Assembly (NCBI GenBank): GCA_951406725.2
Contig: OX597827.1
Coordinates: forward strand, 4,712,001-4,776,000
DNA length: 64,000 nt
DNA from: Octopus vulgaris
Lineage: Eukaryota
Reading direction: 5' to 3'
Shown here piece after piece: positions 37,928 to 52,361 of this stretch. The number at the start of each line of letters is the position of its first letter. The stretch's first letter is position 1. The notes under the pieces are model-generated. The model made no database searches. It had not been told where the DNA came from and saw only the letters and a list, made by a program, of their open reading frames with translations. The position numbers were made by a program, and so were the translations under genes.

Positions 37928-38820
37928 TTGTGCATGAGTGTGTGTATAAAACGTAGATGAATTAGATATGTTTTGGCCATTTTTTGCCCAACCAGTGACT
38001 AACTTAATAACACCACATAGGTGTTCTATTAAGTTATATTTATACATAAGTTATATTTATACATAATTATATATGTATGTGTGTGTATGACTATGTATAC
38101 CTATATGTGTCCACTTTCCGCTTTCCACACTTGGATGGTTTAATGGATTCATTGGGGCAGATTTTCTACAACTCAGTGCCCTTCCTGTTACCACGTTACC
38201 AGATCTCACCTACATCCAAGCAAAGTAGTCCTGTTGGTGTTGTTGAGAATCTTTCTTCTCAAACATGTGGTTTCGGGTTCAGTTTCACTACATAACTCAT
38301 TGGGCAAGAGTTTTCTTGTATGGCCCTGTGACAACCAAAGCCTTGAAAGTGGATTTGGGAAAAGGAAACTGCAACAAGCTTGGTATATGTTTATATATGT
38401 ATGCACACTCACAAACACATACACACATGCACACATACACACATGTATATACTTGTGTGTGTGTGTATCTTTGTAACAATGTCTTTGCATCACGTGATGT
38501 TGTTAACTAATATCGCCATCATAAAAGCAGCATTGTTCATTCCTGTCTTACATGGAAAACATCTATCAATGGGGAAATATAACCTTTCACTGAAAGAGAA
38601 GAGGCTTGGTGATAGGAAGAGCATCTATCCTTAGAAAACCTGCCTAAATGAATTCTATATGACGCAAATATGAAAATGTGAATATGAAAATGAGGAAAAT
38701 ATTTTTAAAAATAGATATATGCTTATACATAAACATATATCATTGTGTATACATGTATATATATAGAATATATATGGTTATATGAATATACATATATACT
38801 TGTGTGTAAATATATTTCAT

Positions 38821-38857
<37 letters not shown>

Positions 38858-39029
38858 GGCATTATAGGTACAGGTAGGGTCATGTGTTTAAGCAGTTTTC
38901 TTCTCAATTGCCAGCTTTGAGTTTCTGTCCCATGGCATGGAATCTTGAGCAAGTGTAGACCTACTCTGACCAAAGCTTTGTAAATGGATTTGTAAATGTT
39001 AAATGACTGAATCCCGTCATATATGAGTT

Positions 39030-39069
<40 letters not shown>

Positions 39070-39349
39070 AGTATGTGTGTGGCTGAGTATGTGTCTTGAG
39101 TGTGAGAATATTTGCATCTCCTTGTCTTGACATCACATGGTAGTGGTAAGTGATTTTCACTACTAAGTGAAATAAATTTTCATTTATTTCCAATATCCTG
39201 CAAGAGCATGTCCAACCACAGAAAAATAATACATTGCTTAGAAACAAGAGAATGTTTGTTACTGGAAGGGTATCTAGCCATAGAAGATTTGTCTCAATAA
39301 ACTATCCAATTCATGCAAGCGTTCAAAAATGGATATTAAAACGATGATG

Positions 39350-39567
39350 ATTATGATAGATATATATAAATAGGAATCAATATATATATATAAATGCAGA
39401 TATAGAATATACATATGTTTATACACACACACTCACACATATACATACAAATCTATATATGCGTGTTACATATATATATATATATACATAAATAAATATA
39501 TATTTACACACACACAAACGCATATATATTAATGTATATATCTACATATATATATATCTACATATAA

Positions 39568-39624
<57 letters not shown>

Positions 39625-39966
39625 TGTACCAGCTCCCCTGGCCCCTGTACAGGTGGCATGTGAAAAGTACCCTCTACACTCTCGTAGTGGTTGGCATTAG
39701 GAAGGGCATCCAGCTGTAGAAACACTCCCAGATCAGATTGGGGTCTGGTGCAGCTCCTGGCTTCCCAGACCTCAATTGAGCCGTCCAACCCATTCCAGCA
39801 TGGAAAACGGACATTAAACGATGATGATGATGATGATGATGATATAAATATACACATTATATATATATACACACACACACATATATATATATATATACAC
39901 ATATATATACATATACATATATATATATATATATACAAGCACACATATATACACACATATATGTAT

Positions 39967-39999
<33 letters not shown>

Positions 40000-40175
40000 C
40001 ATATGTATACACACATATATGCATATATATATATATATATATACACATACATACATATATACATACAAATATAAATATATATATATATATATCTTCATGT
40101 AGTGATTATTCTACAATTGGAATTATAGATAGATATACGTTTCTCTTAACCCTCTATTTGATGTTAATACTAACA

Positions 40176-40210
<35 letters not shown>

Positions 40211-40515
40211 GTGTGTATGTGTGTTGAGGCGTATATAGAACTTAAAAGTGTGTATGTCTTGAATGTTTAAACTTAGGTGCTTTTACTTAGTTGTGTATGT
40301 GTGTTTGTCTGTGTATACATACATATATATGTATGTGTATATTACACACACACACATATATATATATATGTGTGTGTGTGTGTATATGTACACGTGTGTA
40401 TATATATATAGATGTGTATAGCAAATATGTTTATATTAATATCTGTCTATCTATATTGATATATGTATGTGTATAAATATATTTATGTGTGTATGTGTGT
40501 GTGTACAATATGTAT

Positions 40516-40552
<37 letters not shown>

Positions 40553-40622
40553 TATTATAAAAATTATGTATAGATGCACACAAACACACACATATATAAC
40601 CTATCAAGGTATAGGTTTTGGC

Positions 40623-40653
<31 letters not shown>

Positions 40654-40656
40654 CAC

Positions 40657-40688
<32 letters not shown>

Positions 40689-41025
40689 AACATATACATG
40701 TATATGCGAACATGTATATGTATATGTAAATCATATTTATATGTACACATCTATATGCATATTTATATATATGTACATGTGTGTGTGTGTGCATGCGCAC
40801 ACATTGATGTATATTCATATTTATGCATACATATATATACATACACACATACGTATATGTACACATATAAACATATTCTATATGCATTCACATACACACA
40901 CACACCATATATGTGCCTGTTTATATAAATATATCTATATCTATCTATATATATATATTGATATATACACATGTGCACTTATACACATGCATGCAAATAC
41001 ACACACACATGCATGCACACATACA

Positions 41026-41121
<96 letters not shown>

Positions 41122-41190
41122 ATATGTATTTATCTGTGTTTTTGTGTATTTATGTATATGTCAGTGTGTGTATGTGTGCATGTGTGTCAG
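39350..41190. repeat. Compound (TA)n/(CA)n/(TACA)n microsatellite field containing a family C copy (39630-39843, +)
   Basis: Directly visible low-complexity dinucleotide tracts. Confidence 0.9.
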
Positions 41191-41450
41191 AACACTTCCA
41201 AAAATGTAAAAGTGATTTGCCAAACAATATATAATACTGCATCATTTCTGAAATATATTATATGATTTAGCACAATTAATTGTAAGTAAATTCTAAAAAT
41301 AGATAAAGAACTAATATTGTTGTTTTTTTTGTTTTTGTTTATGATTTCCATAACTGAGAACAATACTTAGAAAATGAATATTGAAATGTCTATATTCACA
41401 CAATGGGTTTTGGTAGTAATATTATAAATTAAAATGAATTAAGCACTTAC

Positions 41451-41547
41451 CAAAGAAGGTAAATAGTCTTCAATGTGTCATTAATTGAGATGTGTATCCT
41501 GCTGTAGAGTTATATCTTTACTGCTGCTGTTGTGTGCAGGCAGAACT
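41451..41547 (-). other. Putative non-coding first exon (5' UTR) of the protocadherin
   Basis: G|GTAAGT donor (plus acttac 41445-41450) and Inr-like TCAGTT (41549-41544) in unique, non-repeat sequence. Matching acceptor ttttatttcag at 35793-35792, 46 nt upstream of the ATG. Confidence 0.55.
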
Positions 41548-41735
41548 GAGTGTCTTTGTATATGAAGTTGTGTAGGTATGAGAGTGAGGTCTGTAATTCT
41601 ATCAAATATAGTGTGTATGTAACGTCTGCGGCAGCCAATGACAGGCTGTTTATGGTTCCCATGGAAGGGAAACGGAAACTCTGCCTCTGATTCCTGCTGT
41701 AAAGAAGTAGATTTAATGAAGTGATGAGTCACATA
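41548..41735 (-). promoter_or_regulatory. Candidate protocadherin promoter: CCAAT box, ETS-like GGAA sites, AP-1 site
   Basis: CAGCCAATGA (CCAAT 41635-41639) about 90 nt upstream of the Inr-like motif; CGGAAA/GGAAG at about 41660-41680; TGAGTCA at 41725-41731; locally higher GC than the flanks. Motif matches only. Confidence 0.45.
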
Positions 41736-43612
41736 TAATCCTATAAACACTGTATAATACATATATGTATACATATTAAACTTGCTCTTTAATTCATACT
41801 AGAAGGTAGTGAAATTTACTTTAACTGTTTATTGAAAACAAATAAATGAAAGCTAAAAAAAATCAATATTTCTAAAAAAAATTTACCAAAGTTATCTTAG
41901 AATGGAAAAAGAAAAATTCTGTTTATTTAAAGAAGCTAAAAATTCAGTTATTTTAGTCTTTTCTCTCTTGCTTATCTTAGCATAGATTCATACATAGATA
42001 TTGATTATGAAATATCTCAGTTAAAATTTCGAGTAGTCAGTATGAGAGTCCGAGAAATACAGATCTATGTCTCAGAATAAAGAATCAATAACATGGGCAG
42101 AGGGGATTATTGATTTTCTCATTTATAGATAAGACCACTCTTCTATCAGTTTTATTGACAGTATTCTTCTTATGAATATTGTTAAATATTCTTGAAATTT
42201 TAATCTAATTACTGTTTTATTTTAGTGTTCACAAGACATTCAATGATGTATGTTGGAAAAATTTTATCTGTATTAGGTGTCAGTTGACAGTATACTAGAA
42301 ATGTGCTTACTGAAACATTTTTAGAATTAGTATGTGGAATAATTAGTGTCTTTATTGATTTCATAAATAAAGGAATATTGTTCAATTGGATTAGTGCCAA
42401 TCAAGCACCTTTAGTTTGGAAGTATACCTAAGAAGAAAATGAAAGTTCAAAATATTACAAGCAATTTCTGAGCAATTTATTTTAATCTTTTACAATGAAA
42501 TTTTATATCTTATAATAATAGTGTCAGAAGTAATTTTATTGATATTTTGAGAATCATAACCTTGCTTGGAAGTTGGTAATCTTTCAAGGTGATTTATCCT
42601 ATCTAAAACTAGAAATTACATAATTTCAGGCACGTGAGCATAAGAATAACATTGGGTAGCTGGGCTTGTGTGATCCTTTGGGAAGATTTAGCTTCTTCCC
42701 ACAACTGTTAATGATTAAAAAACAAAAACTTTGGCAAACTTATTTTGTTATTGACTTAATGAGTACTATTTTAGCTTTTGTACTTGTAGTCTATTTATAG
42801 AAAATTAGCTATTATATATTTGATTTTACTACTGGACAAACATATTGATTAAATAACCCAATTAATTTCATTAGTATTGTGAAAGGTTTTGTAATGAATG
42901 TATCTGATAAAAATAAATATTGCTGAATATTTGAACCTTAACCTTACATTAGTAAAGAAAGACTTATTGATTATATTTGATTGTTATAAAAATATCAAAA
43001 GTTGTTATTCAAATCTAGTATTCAACTTGTAATGTCAAAAGGTTACAGATGTGATATTGTTGGTATTGAAAGTTTTTATCTCGACTGACTTAGTCTTGAA
43101 TGATTTTTTAAATACATATATGAGTCTGAGGTATTTATGGCCTCATCAAGAGTGCATTGCTCCAATCAGGATGGTTTGGTTACTATGGTGACTATGTTTG
43201 TGTTGCACCATAAATAGTCTGAGTAACCTCACTGCTGTTATCTATTGCTAGCTAAGTTACTGCCATTGGACATTAACTTATAACCAGTATTAACTGAATA
43301 TTACTCTAATCAGCTAATGGTTAGGTACTATTATTGATAGCATTTTGATATTGTGTGGAGACAATATGCAGTCAATAAAAGAGGTACTAAAAATATTTTC
43401 AGATTTTAACATATTGTAATGGTAAAAAAAAAATACTGTTAATACTGAGATTTATAGATAAACAATTCACCAATTTTTTTTTAAAAACATCCTTCAAATA
43501 TGCCAAAATGTAATGTTAAAATTCCCACTACATTTCACAAGTAAACACAGTTTTAATGATATTTCTTCTATACTTAGCTAGGTTGACTGTTTGAGTGTTG
43601 ATAAGAGAAGTT

Positions 43613-43650
<38 letters not shown>

Positions 43651-45140
43651 AAGAGTGAGTGAGTGAGAGAGTTGTGCGTTGTCTGTAAATGTGCATGCAT
43701 TTATCTTTGGCTAATGATTTTTAACCTTTGCTGCATTACTGCAAATTTCAAGAGTTGATAGATTATGATCATTTAACAAGAGTCAAAATTTTACCCCTAG
43801 TGTTTGGGAAGTAGATGTCACAGTCGTGCCCTTGAATTGTGTAACGTCTAAAATTGAATTTGATAAATTTAAGACTACTTGAGGAAAATCTTGTGAGTAT
43901 ACTAGTTCACTGCCAAACCTCTGTGATGCACTGGAGATCGTATAAACATTGGTGAAGTAACTATTATTATTGGTAGAATTGGTTGATAATTGGACAAAAT
44001 GCTTTGCAATATTCAATGTCCAGATGTTACCAAGGTTAACTTTCATTTTCATCATCCTTTAATGCTTTTGTTGTTTAGTCCATATCAAAAATGTGATCAA
44101 CCTATGAGCAAAGAGGTCCCAAGTGTGACCATCTCATCTTGTTTTCAGTCATAGTGTATGTATAAAAACTACATTATTGAGTATATCTTTTCACTTTTAA
44201 GATTGTTAGGTCTCATGCCCTTTCTAGCAGATCTAATGACCATATAGAGGTTTCCTCACTGGCTTGCATAGAAGTTTCCTTGTTAACTTACCCTTTCATA
44301 ATTTATGATAGAAATATCTGAAATATACTATTTTTACTTCATGTTATAGCCATGGGTAACAGATGCCAGATTTGGGAGAATGGTATAGAAAAATTTTGTA
44401 TTCATTTCTTGCATTTCTGATGTCTATGTCCAAGGACTTAGTCTTTCATTCTACAGCATTGAGAGTGTAAGACTTAAGCAGAAACTAATATCAGTTTTAT
44501 AGACTGTGCACTCCTCAATAATTTGTTGTCTTGCTGCAATGTTATGGTAGAGTTTTGGACTAAAGAGTTGTGGTATTATCATGTTTTTCTTTCTTCATTC
44601 AGATCTGCAACTCTGCTTGAGTCAAATTAAGTATTGATTGAGGTTGAATCAGTTAGCTATATCAATTACCTGTACATTTATTACCCCATGTCAATCTAAA
44701 AAGAATCATTACAAAGGAATATTGGAGATTCTATAGAACACTACACAAAATACCTAACAATATTTAGTTACATCTCTTCATTTTCAGTTCCTGTATTGCT
44801 GAAGTCAACTTTGCCCTTTAGTCCACAGGGAATTGAGAGAACAAATACCAGTGGCTTACCAAGTTTGGTTTTTATTATTATGCATTTGATTCATTCACCT
44901 CTATGTCTATGGCTTTGTGATAATATAAGAAATCTAGCTACGGCAGTACATATTCTAAAATTGGAACGATAATATAAGAAATCATCATTAATATTGATTT
45001 ATTCTGATGACACTGATTGCATATAACTCGTGTGCATAGTTGACAATAAGCAGCATCCATTTTCTTGTTGATGTATTTTGGTTTGACTCTTACGTAGTGA
45101 CTGTGTTCCCTTGATATGTATACTCATAATATATAGTGGT

Positions 45141-45450
45141 GTGGAGGCGCAATGGCCTAGTGGTTAGGGCAGCAGAGTCGCGGTCGCAGGATCACGGTTT
45201 CGATTCCCAGACCGGGCGTTGTGAGTGTTTATTGAGCGAAAACACCTAAAAGCTCCACGAGGCTCCGGCAGAGGGTGGTGGTGATCCCTGCTGTACTCTT
45301 TCACCACTCTTTCTCTCATTCTTTCTTCTGTTGGCCTGCTCGCTTAGCCAGCGGGGTGGCGTCATTCGAAGGCTAAAACAATGCAAACGCATTGTGACCA
45401 GCGATGTGTAACAACATCTGATGGTCTGGTCGGTCACGTGATCATGTGAT
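45141..45450 (+). mobile_element. SINE B2: family B head with a different 3' half; TSD
   Basis: Matches B until about ...ttctctca (45318), then a different tail; TSD atatagtggt at 45131-45140 and 45449-45458. Confidence 0.85.
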
Positions 45451-45934
45451 ATAGTGGTATAGTGAAAACACATTGCTTTGTAGTTAGGGTGTTGTGTACA
45501 TGATCATAAGGTTGTGGATTCAATTCTGGACTGATTGGTGTCATGTGTCTCTGAAAATGACACTTCATTTCATGCTGAAATGAGTACCTGGTAAGTGCTG
45601 GTGTGGATCTCTCTTATTCCGGCTGTCATGTCATGAATGTTCTGCTGAGCCAAGAGTAGGGAGGCCAAGAGAATATCTATATCTCCTCTGAACTACATAG
45701 GCACCTAAAACAATTAACAGATCTATAGCACATACTACTAACTAGTACTCATTTGTGAATGATGGTTGTGGTTTTTTTTTATATATAATACTGTGGACAT
45801 ATTTCATTTAGTTGATTAGCTTTATACATTCAAAGTAAATCAAATTTGTGAATGGTAGGTTAATAAAAATAATAGTACTTGAGTTACAAAATGTGAGAGT
45901 TAATTCCCACCTGTTTCATTTACTTGCTTAAGTA

Positions 45935-47190
45935 TGAGAATTATCAAACAATTACTCTGATACCAAATGCAAGTAAAGTATTTTTGATCATCATTCTAGA
46001 ACACTTGAAACCATTCTTCAAACAAGAAATAGCTAAAGAACTGGTTGGTTTCTGGCAGAAACGTTAGCACACCGGGCGAAATGCTGAGCGGTATTTCGTC
46101 TGCCGCTACGTTCTGAGTTCAAATTCTGCCAAGGTCGACTTTGCCTTTCATCCTTTCGGGGTCGATTAAATAAGTACCAGTTACGCACTGGGGTCGATTT
46201 AATCGACTTAATCCGTTTGTCTGCTCTTGTTTGTCCACTCTGTGTTTAGCCCCTTGTGGGTAGTAAAGAAATAGGTTTTAGAAGCAAATGAGGCTCAAGG
46301 GATCATTTGTATAATCTCACACAATTTTGGAAAAACCAAGAGCCTAACAAACTTTCCTGACTACAGAAAGACCCCTGACTAAACAAACTATAGCCACATG
46401 GAGCACATGTAGCACATTGTGTTTAATCTCAGTGTTCTGAAACACATCATTAGACTCATCAAGCAGTTTTATGTTCAACAAGTGTCCTGCCTTCAAGTAA
46501 ATAATGAGAACACAGAAATGTCCAAAAATGGGAAAGGAGTTCATCAGAGTTGTATTTTTTCTCCATGTTTGTTCAACATCTACACTAAGTGGACAATATG
46601 AGAAGCAACACAGGAAGAAAATGGCATCGGAATATATATCTTGCGTATTTCTAATCTAAGGTATGCAGATGTTACTGCTCTACTTACTAAGAATGAAGCT
46701 AGAATATGAGATGATAAATAGAGTCAATAAGATATCAAATATGCATGATCTTTAATCCCAGCCATATGAAGACAGAAGTAGTAGGAAAAGGGTAAGTAAA
46801 TATTAACATCAAACTGAGCAGTGAGAGGCTTAAACAAGTTGAAAGTATATTGGAGCCAAAATCTCTGAAATTGCATGTAAATTTAGGACATGGCTGTCCA
46901 AGGCAAGAGTGTCCATGGAAAAATGTGATGACACTGGACAAGCAAAAGTACCTCAAGTCATAAACAGGGCTGGAGGTCATTGTGAGTGTTCATTTGGCCA
47001 AATGACATTTATGATTGTGAAACATGGACTCTGATCAAATTTGAAGAGAACACAATCAATGTGTTTGAAATGTGGGTCTGTAGGAGAATGTTAAGAGTTT
47101 CTTGCAAGGATCATTAAACAAATGAACAGGTGTTACTAGAATTAGGTAAATGACAGCAACACTTGAACTTTGTGAGAAAACAAAAGCTCT
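45935..47190 (+). mobile_element. RTE-clade LINE RT remnant interrupted by a SINE
   Basis: NYQTITLIPNASKVFL..., GF[SINE]RSK*GSRDHL, KGVHQSCIFSPCLFNIY, NLRYAD, CETWTL, FEMWVCRRMLRVS. Confidence 0.8.
46052..46275 (+). mobile_element. SINE family D (well-preserved copy)
   Basis: TGGCAGAAACGTTAGC head, B-box-like GAGTTCAAATTC, central GACTTTGCCTTTCATCCTTTCGGGGTCGATTAAATAAGTACCAG; splits the LINE reading frame. Confidence 0.8.
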
Positions 47191-48126
47191 CTACCATGAC
47201 AAACCCACTTATATGCACGTTTGGCAGACTGACCAATACTGCAGTTCAGATTATATGATCCTTGTTCATCTTACATAAATTTATATAAGCATATATAAAG
47301 AGACTTGGAAACTGCTTGCTTTTGCAAGTGCAGTCAGTAAAAATCTCTGCATCCAAGACGCCAACAAGTTTCAGTGCTTTCATCAAGAGAGAATGTACAA
47401 CATTTCAGTGCCTTCCTCTTGACAACTTTTACAAAACACTGCTTCTCCCCGCACAACAAATACACACATAACCTCACTAATGTGAGGCTCCACCTACTGG
47501 ATTGATTGACTAGTATTCAATCTTAAGTCCATTTCTGGATCATCATCACCATTCAGTCGTGGAGTCATATATATATAACAGTTTCACTTAGTTCCACATT
47601 ATTGAAAGTTTCATAGATATAGGACACATCCAAACCTCTGATGATGAGGATGTGTTACATACCCACAAAATTCTAAGTAATGTGGAAACTGAGATCATTA
47701 TCAAATATTTATCACTCCAACTAAATGTGTCAGTGCTACTTTCTTTCATCTGTTCTCTCTCTGCTGTGTGTAAACATGTGTGTGGATTTGTGGGTGTATT
47801 TTCATACATAAAAATACACATGCAGAAATATAGACACACCTGATTTCAGATATGATACAATATGTATTGAAACAGTTACATTCATGTAAGTTAATATTCT
47901 TTAATAAATATAATATTTTGAGTCCTTCATTAAATCTTTGTCTCCTTGAATTTCATTTGAGAATTACAGTGAATATATATGGCTTTTAGGCTGATTTTTT
48001 TTTTATCCTCATGAGTTTCATGTTACTGCAATCTCCAGGCAAGATCTTGCCTGAAAGTCACAATGTTAGGAAACTCATGCAGTGAGATGAAATTCATTTT
48101 CACTAAATCATATACTCTGCAACAGG

Positions 48127-48205
<79 letters not shown>

Positions 48206-48231
48206 AGTGAGTGTGTGTATGCGTGTGTATG

Positions 48232-48268
<37 letters not shown>

Positions 48269-48982
48269 GCTCACATAATCATATGTATATAAAAAGAAAG
48301 ATATTTATTTGGACACATGCACGCAAGCACACACACATATATATTTATACACATACGCACACAAACTTACACAGACATATATATGTATAATATTGTTTTG
48401 GTGAAGAACTTTACTTAAAAAAAAATCTGTTATTGATAGTATACTTATGCTCCAGTTTTAACTTTTTATCAAGGAATTTTCATATACTTCTTTATTATTC
48501 ATCTACATTCTGTTAATAACAATAAAAACTGCAATAACAACTTTTACTAAAATCATTTCATTCAAGTCTTTTCAATACCTCCCAGTCTTATCTTCTGGAT
48601 GAAATGATTTCAGTAAAATTTGCTATTGCAGTTTGTATTGTAGGCGAGAGTTATAGGAATGCTATTCTTTTTGTGTCTCATTCGTTATCATATGGAAATA
48701 TGAAAAAATTTTTAATAAAAATCAAAACTAATGCATAGTCATATTGTCAATAGCACCTCACCCACATACACATACATACGCTGATGCACACATGTGCACA
48801 TATGATCGCACATTTCATATGCAAGTATGGAGGACGTAGTACTGCAAACTAGTTTCAGCATATGTAAAAATGATTGTTTCGGTACTGTTGAAAGAGATTA
48901 GTGTCATGTTCCTATTGGAGGATGGTTTCGAGATAATTTTCATGGAAACTACAGCTTTTGTTTGATGTATCTTAAATGCATA

Positions 48983-49349
48983 TGGAGGCGCAATGGCCCA
49001 GTGGTTAGGGCAGCGGACTCGCAGTCGTAGGATCACGGTTTCGATTCCCAGACCGGGCGTTGTGAGTGTTTATTGAGTGAAAACACCTAAAAAGCTCCAC
49101 AAGGCTCCGGCAGGGGGAGGTGGTGAACCCTGCCGTACTCTTTCACCACAACTTTCTCTCACTCTTACTTCCTGTTTCTGTTGTACCTGTATTTCAAAGG
49201 GCCGGCCTTGTCACTCTCTGTGTCATGCTGAATATCCCCGAGAACTATGTTAAGGTACACGTGTCTGTGGAGTGCTCAGCCACTTACACATTAATTTCAC
49301 GAGCAGGCTGTTCCGTTGATTGGATCAACTGGAACCCTCATCGTCGTCG
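48983..49349 (+). mobile_element. SINE family B copy
   Basis: Near-identical to the 7631 and 55003 copies; 3' end slightly truncated. Confidence 0.9.
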
Positions 49350-50469
49350 TCTTTCTAGGAGTACATGTAGTTAAAAGTGTCTATGAGGGTAATTTTTCTC
49401 TTATTTTTTGTCAGGAAGGAAGGCAACACGTTGATCCTTTACAAGCAAGTACTCTTGACCACCTAGATTGGTGGGAAGGAGGTATCCTCTGAGTGAAAAA
49501 GGACCCAAATGCTTGCAATAGAGTGTCTCTGCTAAACAACACCAAGAGTACTAGGTACAAGGTTAAGTAAAGTGAGGGATTAAGTCTACTATCCAGGGCA
49601 GGATTTGAACTCAGACTGACAAAGCTAGCACAAACACTGCAAAGCAACTAGTATGGCATTCTTATAGTTCTGCAAATCCACAACTTTAAGTTGGTAGTTT
49701 TTTATTAACCTCAAAAGAATGAAAGACCTTTTTTAAATTTGAATTCAGAGCACAGAGAGTTGGAACACATACCATGAGGCGTTTCTGCTCATACAAAAAA
49801 AGGAGCGGGATACATGCTTGAAATCTTTAATTATATTGAATTTGATAGAATATGAACTGGAATGTTTCATTATCACACAAAATAGAACGATATGAATGGA
49901 AGCTTTCTGTGTAAGAGAATAGTGAAGAATAGCAGCCTATAAGAATGGCAGCTTAGGAGTTTCTTATGGGTATATGTTTTACTGAAGTTAAGGACAACAT
50001 TGCTTCTACTGGAAAAGAAACAACTGCATTGTACTTTAGAATGACAAGTCTCCGGTAGATCTAGCTCTGAGTAAATTATACTAATATTCATTCAGATGTG
50101 ATAGACAAAATATCAAAAATTATGGATATTTTCAGTTTTTTTTTTCTCCATCAGGGGCATATATCTTGTGTGTCGTTTGTGTTCACTGAACAGCAAATTC
50201 ATAAATATTTAGCTCACTCAAGGATATAATTATGCTTTATAATGGGAAATTAATTTTTTTGTCCTCTGCCAGGAAATACTGTGGCAGTTGTTCTATTTCA
50301 ATATTTCATAGCATTGCACATCCCACAGTTAACTGTATTATGATATGGCAATGGGCAGATAGGATAATGGATGAGTGATAAAAATAAGGACCGAACAGTG
50401 AGTGACATTTTTCCAGCAAACAGTTTGTGTTTTGCTTTTTTCTTTCCAAAGTTATATTACTTTCTCTTT

Positions 50470-50878
50470 CTCTTTTACTCTTTTACTTGTTTCAGTCATT
50501 TGACTGCGGCCATGCTGGAGCACCGCCTTTAATCGAGCAACTCGACCCCGGGACTTATTCTTTGTAAGCACAGTACTTATTCTATCGGTCTCTTTTTGCC
50601 GAAACCGCTAAGTGACGGGGACATAAACACACCAGCATCGGTTGTCAAGCAATGCTAGGGGGACAAACACAAACATGCACGCACACACACATATACATAT
50701 ATATACATATATACGACGGGCTTCTTTCAGTTTCCATCTACCAAATCCACTCACAAGGCTTTGGTCGGCCCGAGGCTATAGTAGAAGACACTTGCCCAAG
50801 GTGCCACGCAGTGGGACTGAACCCGGAACCATGTGGTTGGTAAGCAAGCTACTTACCACACAGCCACTTCTGCGCCTG
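50470..50878 (-). mobile_element. SINE family A copy
   Basis: Full-length, high similarity to the 2296 and 8561 copies. Confidence 0.9.
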
Positions 50879-51130
50879 GATGAATTCAGCAAAAAATTCA
50901 TCAAGAGAAATTAATTTCCTTTATAATAATTATGCTCTTGTAGTATTGTAATAGAATCTGGTTGTATTTTGTTTTCAAATTTAATAATACCCACTCAGAA
51001 TTAAAGATTAACTTGGGTCAGAGTCTGGTGTTATTGATGTAACAAATTCAGCTTATATTTGCATTAGTTGATAAGTTTAGCTTGGCAAGTTGTGTCTTGA
51101 TATCCTCACCCATTTTTATGATTTTCTTGA

Positions 51131-51357
51131 TTAACCTTTTAGCATTCAGATCAAGCTCTCAAATGTAATGCATATCTATTCACATTGTTTTGAGTTAATG
51201 ATGCATTGTCTTGTAGCTTCGAGATTTTGATGACATGGTTGTTTATTTTTGCAATGACATTGTAGGGTAGCTGTGAGGGTTTGCATCTGGTTCATTTAAA
51301 CATAAAACAGGTAAAAATTTGGGCCAAATATGGCCAGTTTAAATGCTAAGGGGTTAA
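51131..51357. mobile_element. piggyBac-like MITE
   Basis: TTAA on both sides (51131-51134, 51354-51357); short TIRs CCTTTTAGCATTCAGA / TTTAAATGCTAAGGGG. Confidence 0.65.
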
Positions 51358-52361
51358 GTGACCTATCAAAACAGCAGAGTGAGGCAACTGAACCAAAGAA
51401 GCTCATTTTATAAAGTCATCATTGAACTGTTTAGTTCTCAAAATAAATGAATAATACAGATGTATAAATTAGTTAAATAGGTGAAATTATTTGGTGTTTT
51501 TATTTTCTACTTTATGGGTAAGTAGGTATGAATTTCATATAGTGTATACGATGCAAAAGAAGAGTAATTCATAAATATTGGAAATGCAGTTTATTTATGC
51601 ATGACAATGAAGACCAAATTATGTATGGACCAATATGGGCCATGGACTAGGGGACCCAAAGCTCGCAGAGCCTCAAGCATTGGAGGCTCCTTTCACTAAG
51701 AGAAGCGTAAAGCTTAGGGTTAAAAATAAAAATTTACAGCAATCAAATAATTTGTATTTCTTTTTTCTTGTTTAAATCTGTTTTAATTCAATAGAATTCT
51801 TTTCAAATTATCAAGCCTTCTTTCAACTTATTTGGCCCTTTAAAAGGCCATTATATTTAACTTGAGACTTAAAACAGTTAAAAGAGAATTTGTATGGAGT
51901 ATAATACGTATTTATGGTAGGTGATAAGCAAAATAGAAAATACATAAAATATCATCTAAATTAAGAAAGGCCCAATATTCGGTGATAGGCCTAATTTTAG
52001 GTGGTAAGCCTAGCACAGTGATGCTGATTTAATACCACCACCTGGCCATTAAACACCTTTAGTGATGCTTATACTATTGCTAGCTTTCTGTCCAGGCCTC
52101 CAGTTTGAAAACCTTCTAAAATTTAGAACATTTTGTCAGTGGGCACAGCAGAAAGATTTCTGAGTAGATTACTGTCACTAAATAAAAAAAGAGGAACCCA
52201 TCCTAGTTGGTAGGTAACATTTTGTAATACTTTCCTATCAACTGGGAAATAGTCCTATATCCTCATTTGCCACTATTTGTGACAGAGGGCCCTAGTAAGC
52301 ATACACAGTAGAGATTACTAGTAAGCTATATGTTGTGGTTTTCAATTCTCTGACCCACCAA

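Noticed and set aside
41481-41774. 97-aa minus-strand ORF over the candidate promoter
   Set aside because: No recognisable domain; starts in a TA-rich tract upstream of the likely TSS.
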